A DNA stretch of 60,477 nucleotides, counting the filler, from Sphacelaria rigidula (taxonomy: Eukaryota), in the NCBI GenBank assembly GCA_964200075.2. It is 5 parts of 5 records of this genome, joined end to end, with 100 filler letters (N's around TTAATTAATTAA, not from the genome) between each part and the next. Parts side by side here need not be neighbours in the genome. Positions count along the whole stretch, not along the records: positions 1 to 12,018 come from CAXNAA020004225.1; positions 12,119 to 24,135 come from CAXNAA020004226.1; 3 more parts are not named here. One strand, 5' to 3'. Positions 1 through 12,700 of this stretch are shown here, in pieces. Under the pieces are notes generated by a model. That model saw only the letters and a program-made list of their open reading frames with translations, ran no database searches and was not told the origin of the DNA. A program made the translations under genes and the position numbers. Each line of letters starts with the position of its first letter. Position 1 is the first letter of the stretch.

Positions 1-842
1 CGGCGTGCTCCGTCCCGGCTTTGTAGGGATGCGAGGTCAATGGTCTTATTTTTTCATAAGTTTTTTTGCTTATTTTTTCTTCAGTTTGTCTCTTTGTTTC
101 CCCCTTCGCCTCGTGTTTCATAGACTGTTCCCGTGCAGAAATCGCGGGGACTTCTTGTGTCGTGAGCACGGTCAGATTGTAGTGGGTTAGCAAATGCGCG
201 GACAGTCGAGGCATATGTTGACAATATTACGAAAATCTACTAGAAAAAGCAGGGCGGGGAGGAGAGGCGGGGGAATTCCCGGGTAAGACGGTTTGGATGT
301 GTGCAATGTGTACGATAGCTCGAGTGACAATATGCGTGCACCATAGAGACGGCTGACGCTATGTTTATACAGAGGATGATAACATCCCAGTGGACAAAGG
401 TGCGATCTGAGCATCTAGCTATTCATGACATCTTGAAAGCCTGAGATACTATTTCTCGTAATTTTTCAAGTTAACCGGCGTCTGCAATCCCACCAAGCTT
501 CCGATCCCTCAGCAAAGTACTGATACTGTACAGACGCGGCATACTATGAGAAACACGTGGACGAGAACAAAGCCCCGATGTTTGTCCCACGTAGAAAAAA
601 AATGGCATCAAAAGCGGGCGGCTCAGTTAAAGGCCGTATGCTAATTTGCTCTCTGTCTCGTAGTAGGAATCAGCGCCGTTGAGAATCTTCATAATTGAGG
701 CATGAGCGTTTGGCCTAGTTTCATGTTTTTCAATAGTGAGCCCGGTCTATGTACATCAAAATAATACGTCCCCCCCTATGTCCAATCTCCCTCCACCTCC
801 CCCCCCCGAAAAAACAACAACAAATGATTTGAATAATGACAG

Positions 843-1097
843 GTTGCGGCGGAATTCATAGCTCGAGATCTAGAGTCGGAAGAAATTGACGACGGCGTCG
901 GAGACATGAATCACGCCGACAGCTTCCGGACCAGTTACGCCGACAACTCACGAGCCAACTCTACGGACGTTTTTTCGGGGAGCAATTCTGCCGATAATGC
1001 GGCGGGGTCCTCTGTGTCGGGAGGAGCGCAAAGGGGACCGACCGAGGCGTCCATGCCGGTATCCGACGCGGACTACGGGGGAGGGAGCTTCCCTCAG
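843..1097 (+). CDS. Probable isolated internal exon of an unknown protein (acidic/Ser/Gly-rich)
   Basis: Acceptor gacAG|GTT at 842/843 and donor CAG|GTagag at 1097/1098; 255 nt, phase 0-0, open, GC-rich (VAAEFIARDLESEEIDDGVGDMNHADSF...GGGSFPQ); no domain recognised. Confidence 0.45.
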
Positions 1098-1344
1098 GTA
1101 GAGGCTTGTCCTGTTCCACTTTACAGACTGAATGGGTACGGTACAGCGCTGTTCTATGTACTGCATCTACGATATGTCCTCTGTATGCCCTCTTGTCCAG
1201 TGTTGTCAATTGGGCCCCTTCACAGAACCCCGGAATGCTCTGCATTTTCGGCAGTCGATTCTCGAAGTACTTTGGAATACCCTGTACTTCCTGCGGTTGG
1301 AACTCTAGATCCTGTAGAATACTCGGTATATTCGACGATCGATA

Positions 1345-1435
1345 TGATTTTTTTTCATCTCGGAAACGTCCATCATGTGACCACGGCTGAATCCCTGAGG
1401 GATCCATCAACGTGCATTGATCAATCTCAATCAAA
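1345..1435 (+). repeat. LINE/SINE-type 3' tail fragment
   Basis: tttttcatctcggaaacgtccatcatgtgaccacggctgaat matches the reverse complement of 2745-2787 and ends in caatc repeats. Confidence 0.6.
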
Positions 1436-2529
1436 AGACTCCAGGTGCGATGCTCCAGGTACTCCGCCGTCCTGAGCATTGAAGATACTTCGGTGGAGTA
1501 TCGTACTCTATGCTATGCACCTTTGCAAGACTCACTCAACACCTAACATCCAAAGACACATATACTATCTAATCATGACCCAAATGTTTGTCTCTGGTTT
1601 CCATCCTCGGTCATTCGCACCCCCTGGCCCCTATGGCTAAAACTAGGGTCCGCTTTTAGCAAAAGCTTTGATGGAAATTGGCGCGGGTGTGGAAGCAGCC
1701 AGACTGCGGAGGCAGGGCCATCTGGACGGCGCTAAGGCGTTGGCCGTTGTGTGGTTGGCTCTTGTGGTGGGAGGGATTGCCACGTCATCAACTCACCCTC
1801 TCGGGTGAGAAAATCCACACAGTGGCATGTTCCATCGGAGTATTTTGCTCTTCATGTCCGTTGTTGCACGTCTACCTTCTTGGTTTGTTAATCGCGATCA
1901 TCAGTCAGTTTGGGCGTTTTTTCGTCCTCGTCTTATCCCCTGCTGACATGTCTGCGTGATTTGGGGGTTGCCATGTTTTCGCCTTCGTGTATGCTTTTGA
2001 GAACGCTATGCTCCCACGGAGGACGGGCTGCGACCGTGAAGGGCGTGCACTTGCGCTGCAATCATAAAGTCGTGGATGTATATAGTGTCCAGTACAAGCA
2101 GGTTGCCTGGGGTGGAGTGGGTACTAGGTAAACTAGCGAGCTGTCTTGTGCTTGAGAGGAAGCTGTTCAGGGAATGATGATGGGACCTCAGGAATTTCAG
2201 GAATGGGCTCTCTCTTTTTTTTCTCGTGTTGACTGGCTGCAGTGTGTGTAACTCATGATTTGTGCCGTTTTTTGCCCATCGCGTAAATATGACGCTGCTA
2301 GGTATCTGGCGAGAGCCATGACGTATCTGCTGGGAGGCTTGCTGAGTGCGGTGGGATCGACCATGTTCTTGGCCTTTTGGTTTTCTTCCACGGAAGAGCT
2401 GCAAGGCCTGAAGGAGGTTCATCAAGCGTGAGTTACTTTTTCACACGCCTTGCTACATACACACGGCAGAATGATTCACCTATTGAGATTTGAATCTATC
2501 GATGTTATTGATTGATTGATCGATTTTTT

Positions 2530-2690
2530 ATTGTTTTCGTTATTATTATTATTATTATTATGTTCGTCACATTAGCTCGATTCCTCGAACCCGTGGTCAC
2601 AGAGTGCAAGAAGCATACCACCCATACCCATAAATCAAACAGCCCACAAAAGAAGGCGAGAAACAAAGCATCTACACGAAAAAGGGCTCC
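2530..2690 (-). repeat. Retroposon 3' tail ending in an (AAT)n microsatellite, copy 1
   Basis: Near-colinear with 29395-29570 (cgtcacattagctc...cgaacccgtggtcacag...catctacacgaaaaa). Confidence 0.7.
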
Positions 2691-2704
2691 TCCCCACACC
2701 ACGA

Positions 2705-3545
2705 TAGATCTGTGATTGTCACACAATAATTGATCTTCTTGGCATTCAGCCGTGGTCACATGGTTGACGTACCCGAGATGAAAAAACAAAACGCAAATAC
2801 GTGCTTGAGAGAAGTGAAAGAAATTTGATGGTAGAGCAGACTGGAAAAAGACAAAGCAGAACAAAACAAAGGACGAGAAGAAAAAAAAACTAGAAGTGGC
2901 CAACCTCCGCAACTTGGTGGAACAGGTGTCGCGCAAGGACACACACTAATGCCCAATCGTGCAAAACGAAAAGCCGTGGGAAGAGATCGCGGCTCATCTA
3001 TTTTGACCTTCACTATTTGAGAGATGGAACACTCATCCATGAACCCTACGGAAGCGAGGCACCAAACTGCTACTTGCATACATCAGGAGGAGGGAACACA
3101 TGGAGATGGGGGGAAAGAGAACAAAGAAGGAGACTACAGAAGTGAGGAAATCCAAAGGATATCACGGTAGAGGGGGTACAAGTACCCACCAAGGAACACC
3201 GCAGAACCAAGCGACCAAGGACAAAATCGACAAGCGATAGGAGAAGACAGGGGTACATCGGTTTCCGTGGTTGCCCAGCTTCTCGCATTCATCCCTAGTC
3301 GGGTACAATACGGGCCATTCTCTCGGCCATTTCCATCTTGGGATCCTCGCGAGCTGTCGCTGTTGTTGTGCTATAATAGTGAGGTCAGGTCTGCGATTGG
3401 CGGCTCTCGACGCAGCAGCCTCTGGTTTGTGGTAGCGGTCCGAGTTCTCGTTTGTCTTTGCGTCGCCACGCGTCCTTGAACTCTTCCGCCCCTTTCTCGA
3501 CTCCAAGATGCATTTTGCCCACATCCTTCGCCGCAGTGACTTGGG
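2705..3545 (-). mobile_element. 5'-truncated non-LTR retrotransposon (LINE, RTE-like) 3' end
   Basis: Minus-strand VTAAKDVGKMHLGVEKGAEEFKDAWRRKD resembles the peptide at 57317-57637 (WTTRALNAVEWHSCVEQEVERFMTDW); followed by a pyrimidine-rich 3' UTR and the catgtgaccacggctgaatg tail. Confidence 0.6.
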
Positions 3546-4299
3546 GTATGTGTGCTAGTTTCATCAGTTTCAACTGTATACTGATTTTAGTGAGCACTGA
3601 CCAAAATGCTCTGCTCTCTCTAGTACAGGTCGACCATCTTATGCTGCTACTGTTTTTACATGTGCACTGCATGGAACATCGGTGTGTCGATGTGTTGACA
3701 TAACGAGATATTTTGTTGCATACAAGATGTCGTAGCGAGTACCGTACGTGCAGCCGATCACTGACTCTGTGAGCATGTTTGCACGCAAAACATTTCTGGG
3801 GTACGTTCCGAAAAACGTTGTTTTCCATCTCCCAGCGCACCCGCCATGAGAGATCTAGGAATGATTGGGTCAAGTAGAAGAAGCACCCACGGGCATAGAT
3901 ATCAACGATCAAACGGACAGTCGTCGATCCCTCTACATCTCGGCTGTGGATTCTTGAGGTAAAAACTAAGAGCAAACACTTGGACTTCTTTATTTTTCGT
4001 GTTCAGCAGTGGCATAGGCTATCGAAGGGCCAGATCACATTGATCTACTCTTTAGTAGCCTCATGTCGACCCCACTTGTATAGGATAAGGGAAGGGTACT
4101 GCGAGTGGTTGAAACGAATCCGATCCATGGAGCCCCCTTGTATAATTGACAAATGAACATGTCGGGGTTTCCCAGAATTCATCATCGATGCCATTTCGTG
4201 CGTTTTGAAAGTCGACATTAAAAAAGGGACACCCTATGCTTTGATTGGAGACTGGCTCCGTGAGGGCTGTGCTTGTGTCTTGGCTGTTGAGTCCATCTT

Positions 4300-5100
4300 G
4301 CTTCACGTAATGTGGCGTTCATATAGCTCACATGAGATAAAAAGCATTATCTTGTAAGAAACCAATGAGGTAGCGAGCTGCCTCATGCCGAGGAAAACCC
4401 GTTGCGGGGCTGTTTGAGGGGCCGGGGTCGCGAAACCCCAGGAAAGTGAGGAGCGTGCACTCCACATATACGGAGAGTGGAAAGCAGTCTCTTTGCTCAC
4501 CACTCTGCGGAATACTTTCAACACCCGCGAGCCTTTACACTGTCTTCTCCCGTTCTGAAGACAAGTTGTTAGTGTCAGGCCGTCTTCGTCCAGAAGTCGA
4601 ACATTGTTGACCCCAGAGGGAACAAGCCGACAATCTATGCGCGTACCATGAGTCCGGAAGTCCATGCTGGGGCTGCCTGTCCTTGCATTGATATCGTCTA
4701 CCATGTCAAACGTACTACGCATGTAAAAGTGTACTCACTCCCTGTGGAGATCCCTGGTAACTGAGCAACAGTGATCCGCAAGACGAGGCGAGTGATGTCA
4801 ATCTTGAGATAGGTTGGTATCACGGGTTATCTGGGCTACCCCGCGTGCGCAAAACACACGCGAGCATGCATCTACCTGTGTATCCGCATAAGTGTAGGAC
4901 GACCAGCGACGTCATTCCAGCCGGCAAAGGCATGCACACTTTCACCCGCAATAAAGTCAGATCAACGAGAAACTCCAAGGTCTCACAATGACTGTGAACC
5001 CCATGCGTTAATCTAGGCTATGTAGGGTGTCTGGCTTGAAATGTATATCCGCGTGTTCGTTGATGAAGTATGACGCAGTAGAATGTTGTGGTATGTATTG
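4300..5100 (-). pseudogene. Possible heavily decayed DIRS-type reverse transcriptase remnant
   Basis: FDMVDD...SGVNNVRLLDEDG loosely parallels HVDG...SLASDYVRLFG of the RT at ~10890-11010; many stops. Confidence 0.25.
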
Positions 5101-8100
5101 TAGTGCTTGTTGCACTACGTGCAGTATGATATGCTGTCTGCCTCCTTTCAGAGGACTTTCAGGGAAGGGGGTAGTTTCGACAGTGGGGAAACGGGTCAGA
5201 GATGGCATTATTGCCTCGTGGGGAATGGGTTGATGAAGTACGGCTTGTGCAAGAATCCTGTGATTACGAATACCCCTCTCCACCCCTCCCCCCCTCTGCG
5301 CACCTTCGGCTGCCGTACCGAACCCTTTCCCGATATGCATTGGCCTCAACAGCGCTAAAAATTACGATCGGCATTTGCCAATGGAAGAGGCGTTCACCAG
5401 TGGGGGATTCGACATGTCGCAGCTCAGCAGTTACATGGAGCAGCACTTTCGATGACGATAGGCGACGACGGCATTTTTGGTCTTGTGGTCATGGGTATTT
5501 TATTCTCATGTCAAGCCTTTTCGTGTGTATGTGCTCTCAGCATGTTTCCGTTATTTTGTGGCACACGAGTCTCAAAAGATGTTGGGTATTTACTATGGTG
5601 CAGAAAGCCCCGCGTATGCATACCGGTAGAAGCGAAGAAAGTATTATTTGCTCGCTCTATAGGCAGTATGCTCGATCTCCACTCGATATATCATTTTGCT
5701 TCAAGTCGGCCTATCATCAGTACAAGGAACAGTTTGCGTCCCACGTACGACTACTATGGCGTAGTAGTTGCACGCGCGGATCGCGCGCCATGACGACAGA
5801 CCGTGTTCATGGTCATGATATGTGCAATATCATATACGTTATGTTATTGTCGCTCCAGAGTTTGTGCACTTGCTATAGGACAACCGTGAGGCAAAGAGAG
5901 GGATCTGGAGAGAACCAGAGGTGCATAGGCGGGGAACATACACGCGTACGAGAGGCGAAGGCTACGCTTAAATGTTGAACAGAACCCCATATAGTTGATG
6001 ACTCGCAGCCCGTCTGGGCCAACACCCAACGCTCCGCCTACTCTACCGTACATTTTCCTGAATTTGCCACGTGCTGACGCTAGTCCGCTAAACCTAGTCA
6101 GGTCGACTGACTGCCGCCATTTTTGTGCATTTCCTCTTCTGGTTTATGATGTTACCGCTCCGACATTTGTACACGTCTGACAGCTCCTGAGCTACCTGAA
6201 AATTACTTCTTACTAGCGTACTGATCCGCGTCATGAGTCAGCTCTTTTAATCGATTTTTCCATGTCTGTGCTCTACAGACAGCGCTGGAAACCAATAGCA
6301 GAGATGTAGAAGTCGGTCAATGTCCGATGAGATCATGGCCCATCAATTCGAGTTTCCCCATCAAGCAGCCAGCGCTTTCATGAGGCCTTCAGTAGCTTTA
6401 GATTCCACAGTACCCGTGATCAGTGCACCTGATCAAGGGTTTCAAGCGCGACTACCATTCGTTTTCGATGGTCGCTGTTCTCTAGTGTAACTAGGATCCG
6501 GAGAAGACACAAACGATACGCGAAGGCGGTCACTATGGTCGGAAAGAGGCGCCGCAAGGGAACAGGTGAAACGAGAGAAGGACGTCGAAGGTAGAGCTTC
6601 CGCTGGCCCTGAGGAAGAAGGAAGCGACTGTGTCCAGTAGAGTCCATAATTTCACCGAATGAACCCTCTACAAAGACGAGAACGTGTCCGAGGGAGACGT
6701 GATGAATGCAGGCGGCCCTCTAGGATGGTGTACGAAGGCCGAGCGCGTGTATCCCCATATATATGGCTGTCCTAGCCCGCAAGTGCCTTACGGTCCAAGC
6801 GTCATATGCTGCGTTCAAACATATGTTCTCTCCAGGCGGACTTGTAACGAAAAGTCGCAACTGTCTGAGCAGTGATCGGGTGGCAGAAGTCGCCTTCCTC
6901 CACGAGAAATGAAAATGTAGCGTTCAGTATGTAGGCGGTGTTTGCGGAGGCGTGTACGAATTCTGACGGTATGGGACTTACGTATAGAAAAAATACGTGC
7001 TTAGATATGCTGTTCGTCGTCTGTCTCTGTTTCTCAGCTGCAGTACCACTGCCAGAAGAAAAGTTGGCCATCGCAGCTAGGTTGCCGCAGCTGCCAGACA
7101 CACGAGTGCAGATAGTGTCATCAGCAACGAGTAGCCTTCATCTAGCAGCGGCCTACTGGTCCAAGCAGCACGAGTAGGTAGAAGTAGGTAATAACTAGCG
7201 CGCTCCGCAGAGGACCGATCGACTATTACATCATGTCCGGCATAGGCGGGGGCGCGGTTTAAGCAGGCGATGAAAACCTGGCACCACACGGAGACGGACG
7301 GTATGGCTGGGGTAGGGACCGGCCGACCTCCTACAGACGGCGGCGGGAGCCAAGCACACCCAGGCGACAAGGTGGTGGCTTTGCACAATAACCCACACGC
7401 GGCAGCAGCAGCAGCAGCCGACCAATCCCTGGGCATACCGCAAGCGCCCGTGACGTCTCAGCAGGTTTTTCAGCGACACATACTGGCCGCATTGGCCCAG
7501 ATGACCAATCGTCTGCAGGCAGTCGAGAATCACCAGAAGCCACAGCCGCTACAACTCCAGCAGGCACCCCCACAGCAACCACCACTACAAATCGGGAACG
7601 AGTGGCAACGAACATCACATCCGCAGGTTTTAGCAGCTGGCGCGCAAGCGGTGGCACAACTAACCGCAGCCGAACAGGCGGGTATCAAAGCAAGCGCAAA
7701 ACGTACCGTCGACTCGTGGCGGGCCACCACTGGGCCCATGTTTTTCCTCTTCAGGGGAGGCTTTGACGTGAGTGAAGAACTCACCTTCCACCTTCAACAA
7801 CCTACACTCAAGAAGGTGGCTCACGTTACGCAGGCGTCCGCCTATCAGCTGCAAAACTTGGCCAAATTGCCGACAACGGACTCCGAAAAACCGGTGTCAC
7901 TAGGCTCGACCCCTATGCGGACATGCCGGCTGATGTGCATTTTCACACCTTCGTCGCGTCCCTTTTCACGGTTTTGCTCACGGCCATGGAGCACGCTCCC
8001 TACCCATGCAAGACACGCACGCGCGCCCTTCAGTCGGAGTTCGAATCAGTAGCCAACCAAGTCAGGGAGTACACAGATTATCATTACACATCACTGTACC

Positions 8101-8994
8101 CGCAAAGGACGACGGTCTGCGCCACGCTTCTAACAGCCATGGGCACTGGCATCGAGGATTTCCTCCACCCGGTGGCACTTCAGTCACAACAGCTCCGGAG
8201 GACATATCCGGCCACCGTTCCGCCGTCGACGACGGGAGAGCCGGTAGCGGCGGCGGCTTTTACAAAAATAAAAGCCCTCGTCACCGAGGACGGGCCCAAC
8301 TGCCTCGTCGAAAAAAATGCGCTCTGGTCCGTCGGGGAGGCAAAACCCAACAAGAAACGTAAAGTGACGTCGGAGGCAGGCTCCGCAGCTCCCCCTTCTT
8401 CGAGCAACACCATGCCGGCGGGACCCCGTCGACCTTTGCGCAGAGAAAAGTCCAGTGTCAGACCCCTAAGGATGTTTGCGTTTACCACTGGCAAAACCGA
8501 CCGCGTACGCGGAACAGTTGCAGGTTCTCAGACGATATCGTGTCTCCACTGGCATCCGGGCAGGCGCCGGCCCGAACACCGATACCGCCCCCGCAACCCC
8601 CGGCAACCTCGTCATAGCGTACAAAAACTCAGATGCACCAACCGCGCGCTCACCAGCAGCAGCAACCGGCGCCCGCCCTGGCACCGGTATCACGATTCTC
8701 ACACATCTACGGAAGGCGCGGCGGCGGAAGGGGGGAAGGCGCCGCGGGCGGGAGAGGAAACGGGAGCGGATGAGGGCGCGGGCTCTGCCCACCGGCAGGG
8801 CCGACATCGACAGGAGAAGCGGGTAGCGACGTGAACACGATGTTTGCGGACGCCTCTCGGTCCGTGGGACGTATCGGGGTACCTTCACCTGGATCGGTCC
8901 CAGCGACCGTGTTTCATGGTGAAAGATGTCGGGAGCAGACAGAGGTAGCGGTGCCTTGCGGCCCAGGCTGTGAGGACATGGGGAATCAGGGTTG

Positions 8995-9295
8995 ACCAGG
9001 TTTTCGTGAGATTAAGAGTTGGGTGCGGATTGAGAGTGGCATTGATCATTCGCTTTAACTTGGCCAATTTTTCATTCTGTGTGTGCTTTTTTTCGTCTCA
9101 TCACTGCCATATGCTTACAGCTACACGTTGATATCCTACTCAGGGGTATCGAGGGTCTCAGTGGTGAACTACTACAGAGAGAATAATGGGCCTGGTGGAG
9201 GTGCATTTCGGAACTGAAACGGCGTATTCACGAATTAATTGACCGCTTTTCACTCTCGATCATACCCTCAACTCTCAATTTCACGAAAACGTTGT
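8995..9295. mobile_element. Decayed inverted-repeat insertion inside the DIRS-like element
   Basis: caggttttcgtgagattaagagttgggtgcggattgagagtgg (~8997-9039) pairs with cactctcgatcataccctcaactctcaatttcacgaaaacg (~9252-9291). Confidence 0.45.
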
Positions 9296-9489
9296 TGGTG
9301 ACGAAAGAAACGGGGTATCAGTATGCCCTCGCCAGTGTGCCGCGTCCGTTTCTTCAGGACATGATCGCGTAACCCACCAAAGAGCAGACACCCACTCAGT
9401 TTCGCTCTCATAGGCGGTCGGCGTCGTGCCACCGACAACAGTATCCCCTGGTACGTTAGAACAAGCCACGCCAGTTTTGCATGCATCGG

Positions 9490-9742
9490 GAACCAGTTAC
9501 CCCTTCAGTGATCGTGGGGCCAGTTACCCCATCATCGACCGTGGGGCCAGTTACCCCTCCACCATGGGGCCAGTTACCCCACCAATGACCGTGGGGCCAG
9601 TTACTCCTCCAGTGACCACGGGGCCAGTTACCCCATCAGTGACCATGGGGCCAGTCACCCCATCAGTGATCGTAGGATCAGTTACCACCTCAGTAAACAC
9701 GGGGCCAGTTACCCTTTCGGCGAACCAGGGGCTCGTTACCCT
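9490..9742 (+). repeat. 27-bp minisatellite, ~10 copies
   Basis: ccagttaccc core at 9493, 9520, 9547, 9570, 9597, 9624, 9651, 9678, 9705; reads as GPVTPSVTx repeats. Confidence 0.9.
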
Positions 9743-11334
9743 GCTAGTAATTCCTGAACGGATCAAGGAGCCAGTAGTTCCGCATCCGGTGTAGAACAGA
9801 GAACAGGCGTATCATTTGTTGGTTTTCAGTCTAGCGGGTGGGCGGCGGTGCCGCCTCCTAACGGTGGAGATGAGCCAGGACAGTGTGACGCTGAACTAGT
9901 AGCTCTGTGGTACTCAAAAAAAGGAGAGTTGAAAAAATCAGTCACCACAGCCAAGAACAAGGAAGACATACTGTACAGACTCGCAAATATCTGGACGCGC
10001 ATCACAGAAAAACACGGTGGACGCATTGGGGATGTCGGGAGGTCTATCGGTGGACCCCTAGTCATGTCGCCAGTAGACTCGCGCGAGATCAGGAAGTATT
10101 TCGGGGAGGAAAAGGGTTTGCCGCAGACAGACGAATTCGTTACTATCGTATCCACAAGGGTCCCCGTCGGCGCGACAGTGACTGCATCCCCCACGCAAGA
10201 GAACCTCGACTGCGCACTACAGTATGGCAAACATGGTAGCGCGGACGTTCAACTACCAGAAAATTGGGGGAAACTGGGAGACGACGTACGCAGGGGAAAG
10301 TGTCGGATAGTCGAAAAGTCGGCCGCCCGAAAAATGCCTAACCTACGGTTGTCCCCCCTGGGAGGAGTAACTACACACAAAGTTCGCATAATCAACCATT
10401 TGTCTTTCGACGCACAACCCACTCGGGAAAGAAAAGGAGGGCTGAACGGTGACACAAATCCTGAAGACGTCCCGGCCTGTTTATGCGGAGAAGCGCCAGA
10501 GAAGTTCCCAAAAAAGCTCATTACGTTACGAAAACAATACCCCACAAAACGCTACTAATGTCAAAGGCAGAAGTATCGGATGCGTTCCGTAATGTCAAGA
10601 TAGATCCAGACCAGGCTCATCAATTCGGCTACGTTGTGGATAACGTGGTCATGTGTGACTTCCCGCTCACGTTCGACTGGTCAGGCTCGCCAGGTTTCTG
10701 GGGAGTGGTGGTATCGGCGGCAGAACACGCCCACTACAACACGAGCATTGACAACGCGATTTTACTGCCTGAAGGCAAGGAGATGACAGCTCACGTAAAG
10801 AAAGTTGATAAGTGAGAAACCGCGGACCCCGCATCAACTCCAAAATATCTTACGACCACCCCACATCCAGCAGGAGGCTTACATGAAAAAAGTTCACGTC
10901 AGCGCACGTAGACGGTTATCTGCATATTCGCGTACAGCACTCCGATGACGACACGAGCGCTTTGATTGCGTCCGCGTCCCTCGCATCCGACTACGTCAGA
11001 CTCTTCGGCCACGGAGAAGAGGGCAAGACACCTATCCTAGCCCCCAAAAAGAGTACAGATTGGGATGCAGAGATATAGGCGTTAGGCGTGACCGTTAACT
11101 CCCACACTATGAGGGTTTCCGTTCCCCGCAAGAAGGTTGAGGCGCTCCGACAAGCGTTGCTAACCCCCCACTCGACGTTCGGCGACTGCTAGAGAAACAT
11201 TGAGCCTGGCAAGAAAGCTTTGGAACCTCACATACGCAATGTGACCAAGAAAGTGTTCCGTCTAGAGGACTCTGCGACGTGCAGGGCTCCACGATTCTAG
11301 AGCGAGAGAGAACCAGAGTCGTATAGTAGAGATA

Positions 11335-11786
11335 GAACACGTGATCTTGCAAATTGGGGATGGGATCTTATATCGGGGATGAGAAACCCAGAGAATTAAA
11401 TTCTTCGTATTCACACCAAAGCTTCGAAATGTGGTTCCATTTCTTCACCTACTGATCGCTATTGACAACTGCTACATGCCATAGAAACTTGGATTTCGAT
11501 CACCAAATTTTGGGGTCCTAAATGAAATACCATTTTGGGCGAATTTCGGGTGTCCGAACGGACGCGAAATTGGTTCCGAATCTGAATCTGGTTTTTCACC
11601 TTGAACTCCAACATTTCGGTGATCGTAATCCAAACTTCTATGGCGTGTAGCAGTTGTCAATAGCTATCAGTAGGTGAAGAAATGAAACCATTTTCCGAAG
11701 ATTTGGTGTGGCTACCAAAAACATTATTCTCCGGGTTTCTCATCCCAAATAGAAGATCCATTCCCAATTTGTAAGATCCCTTGTTG
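11335..11786. mobile_element. 452-bp foldback MITE with TA target duplication (Tc1/mariner-like)
   Basis: Inverted arms of about 190 bp (e.g. cttcacctactgatcgctattgacaactgctacatgccatagaa vs ttctatggcgtgtagcagttgtcaatagctatcagtaggtgaag); TA at 11333-11334 and 11787-11788. Confidence 0.8.
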
Positions 11787-12018
11787 TAGGCCAAGAATTT
11801 CACGCCGACCTAAATTTTTAGAAGTAGCTGATTGAGGCCAAAATCCTGCAGTATGGTGAATCTCTGAGTGCAACTCGCCACTCCATAGTGAAGCGACCCG
11901 CCCACCGAGGCTACCTCTCGGACGCAAGCTTCGAAGCCGTACGCGGTTACTGCTGTAAACAGCCAATCATCTATGTTGAGGATGGTGCTTTTGATTGAGG
12001 ATGAGAACCTGGAGGATT

Positions 12019-12118
12019 NNNNNNNNNNNNNNNNNNNNNNNNNNNNNNNNNNNNNNNNNNNNTTAATTAATTAANNNNNNNNNNNNNNNNNNNNNNNNNN
12101 NNNNNNNNNNNNNNNNNN
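12019..12118. other. Artificial contig linker (N44-TTAATTAATTAA-N44)
   Basis: Exactly 100 bp; the 12-mer puts stops in all six frames; identical to the other three linkers. Confidence 0.97.
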
Positions 12119-12700
12119 GCTGCTTACTCCCTTGCACGTTCTGGGCAATTCTCCGCTACCGAGATCAACTGCCTCTATACCGCTTCTTCATCCCCGCCCA
12201 CTACATACATGTTGACTGCATCCGGCAGGTCATCGTCAGAGGGATAAGCAGAACTCATGACAGTAGATCATTTTGTGTTTCGACAGCCCACGTGGTTTTA
12301 GGGCGTGGTAAAAATGACCACATGGTAGCATGTACACTCCTTCCCGGTTTTCCGGTCGACCCTGTGTCAGTGTAATTACTACGTTTTAGTAGGAAATTGA
12401 GACCCAAAAAAAACACCAGAAAACTCGGGAAAGGTATACTGAGTGCAAGTCACATCATATACCAAGCTCGGACCGCCCTGCATTTGGAAACCTGCGAAGG
12501 CTTATCTGGGCCAGGGATAGGGTCCTCACACGATCTTTACAGTGGCACCATACTCGCAAACAACCCCAGCACCGGTCGTTCGGGTCTGGTCGATAAATTT
12601 CGCCTCGCCGTGATTGGGCAGGTCGCTCGAAGACTTGTTTATTATTATTTCACTAACACAGGGTCAACCCTGTGTTAGTGGGGGGTCGGTCCCAAAAGGG
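12119..12700 (-). mobile_element. Terminal part of a piggyBac-like DNA transposon, copy 1
   Basis: Ends ...cccaaaAGGG|TTAA (TTAA at 12701-12704); subterminal hairpin cactaacacagggtcaaccctgtgttagtg; homologous along its length to the reverse complement of 59891-60477. Confidence 0.75.

Larger units (their letters stand above)
7270..11330 (+). mobile_element. Degenerate tyrosine-recombinase retrotransposon (DIRS/Ngaro-like): gag-like ORF1 plus reverse transcriptase
   Basis: Frameshifted Gln/Ala/Pro-rich ORF1 (7270-~8830) with a decayed CCCH-like finger (CVYHWQNRPRTRNSCRFSD, ~8477-8535). RT motifs in 9848-11160: LSPLGGVTTHKVRIINHLSF, SKAEVSDAFRNVKID, DFPLTFDWSGSPGFW, HVDG (decayed YxDD), LAPKKSTDW, LGVTVNSHTMRVSVPRKKVEAL. 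Several frameshifts and stops; no recombinase ORF before the contig end. Confidence 0.8.

Noticed and set aside
5202..5978. 258-aa ORF
   Set aside because: No domain or coding-like composition recognised, and it lies among decayed repeats
9490..9742. Regularly spaced repeats resembling a CRISPR array
   Set aside because: The units are contiguous 27-mers with no unique spacers, there are no cas genes, and the context is eukaryotic
12063..12074. TTAATTAATTAA as a biological motif (e.g. piggyBac target or regulatory site)
   Set aside because: It is embedded in N runs and identical at all four junctions, so it is an assembly linker
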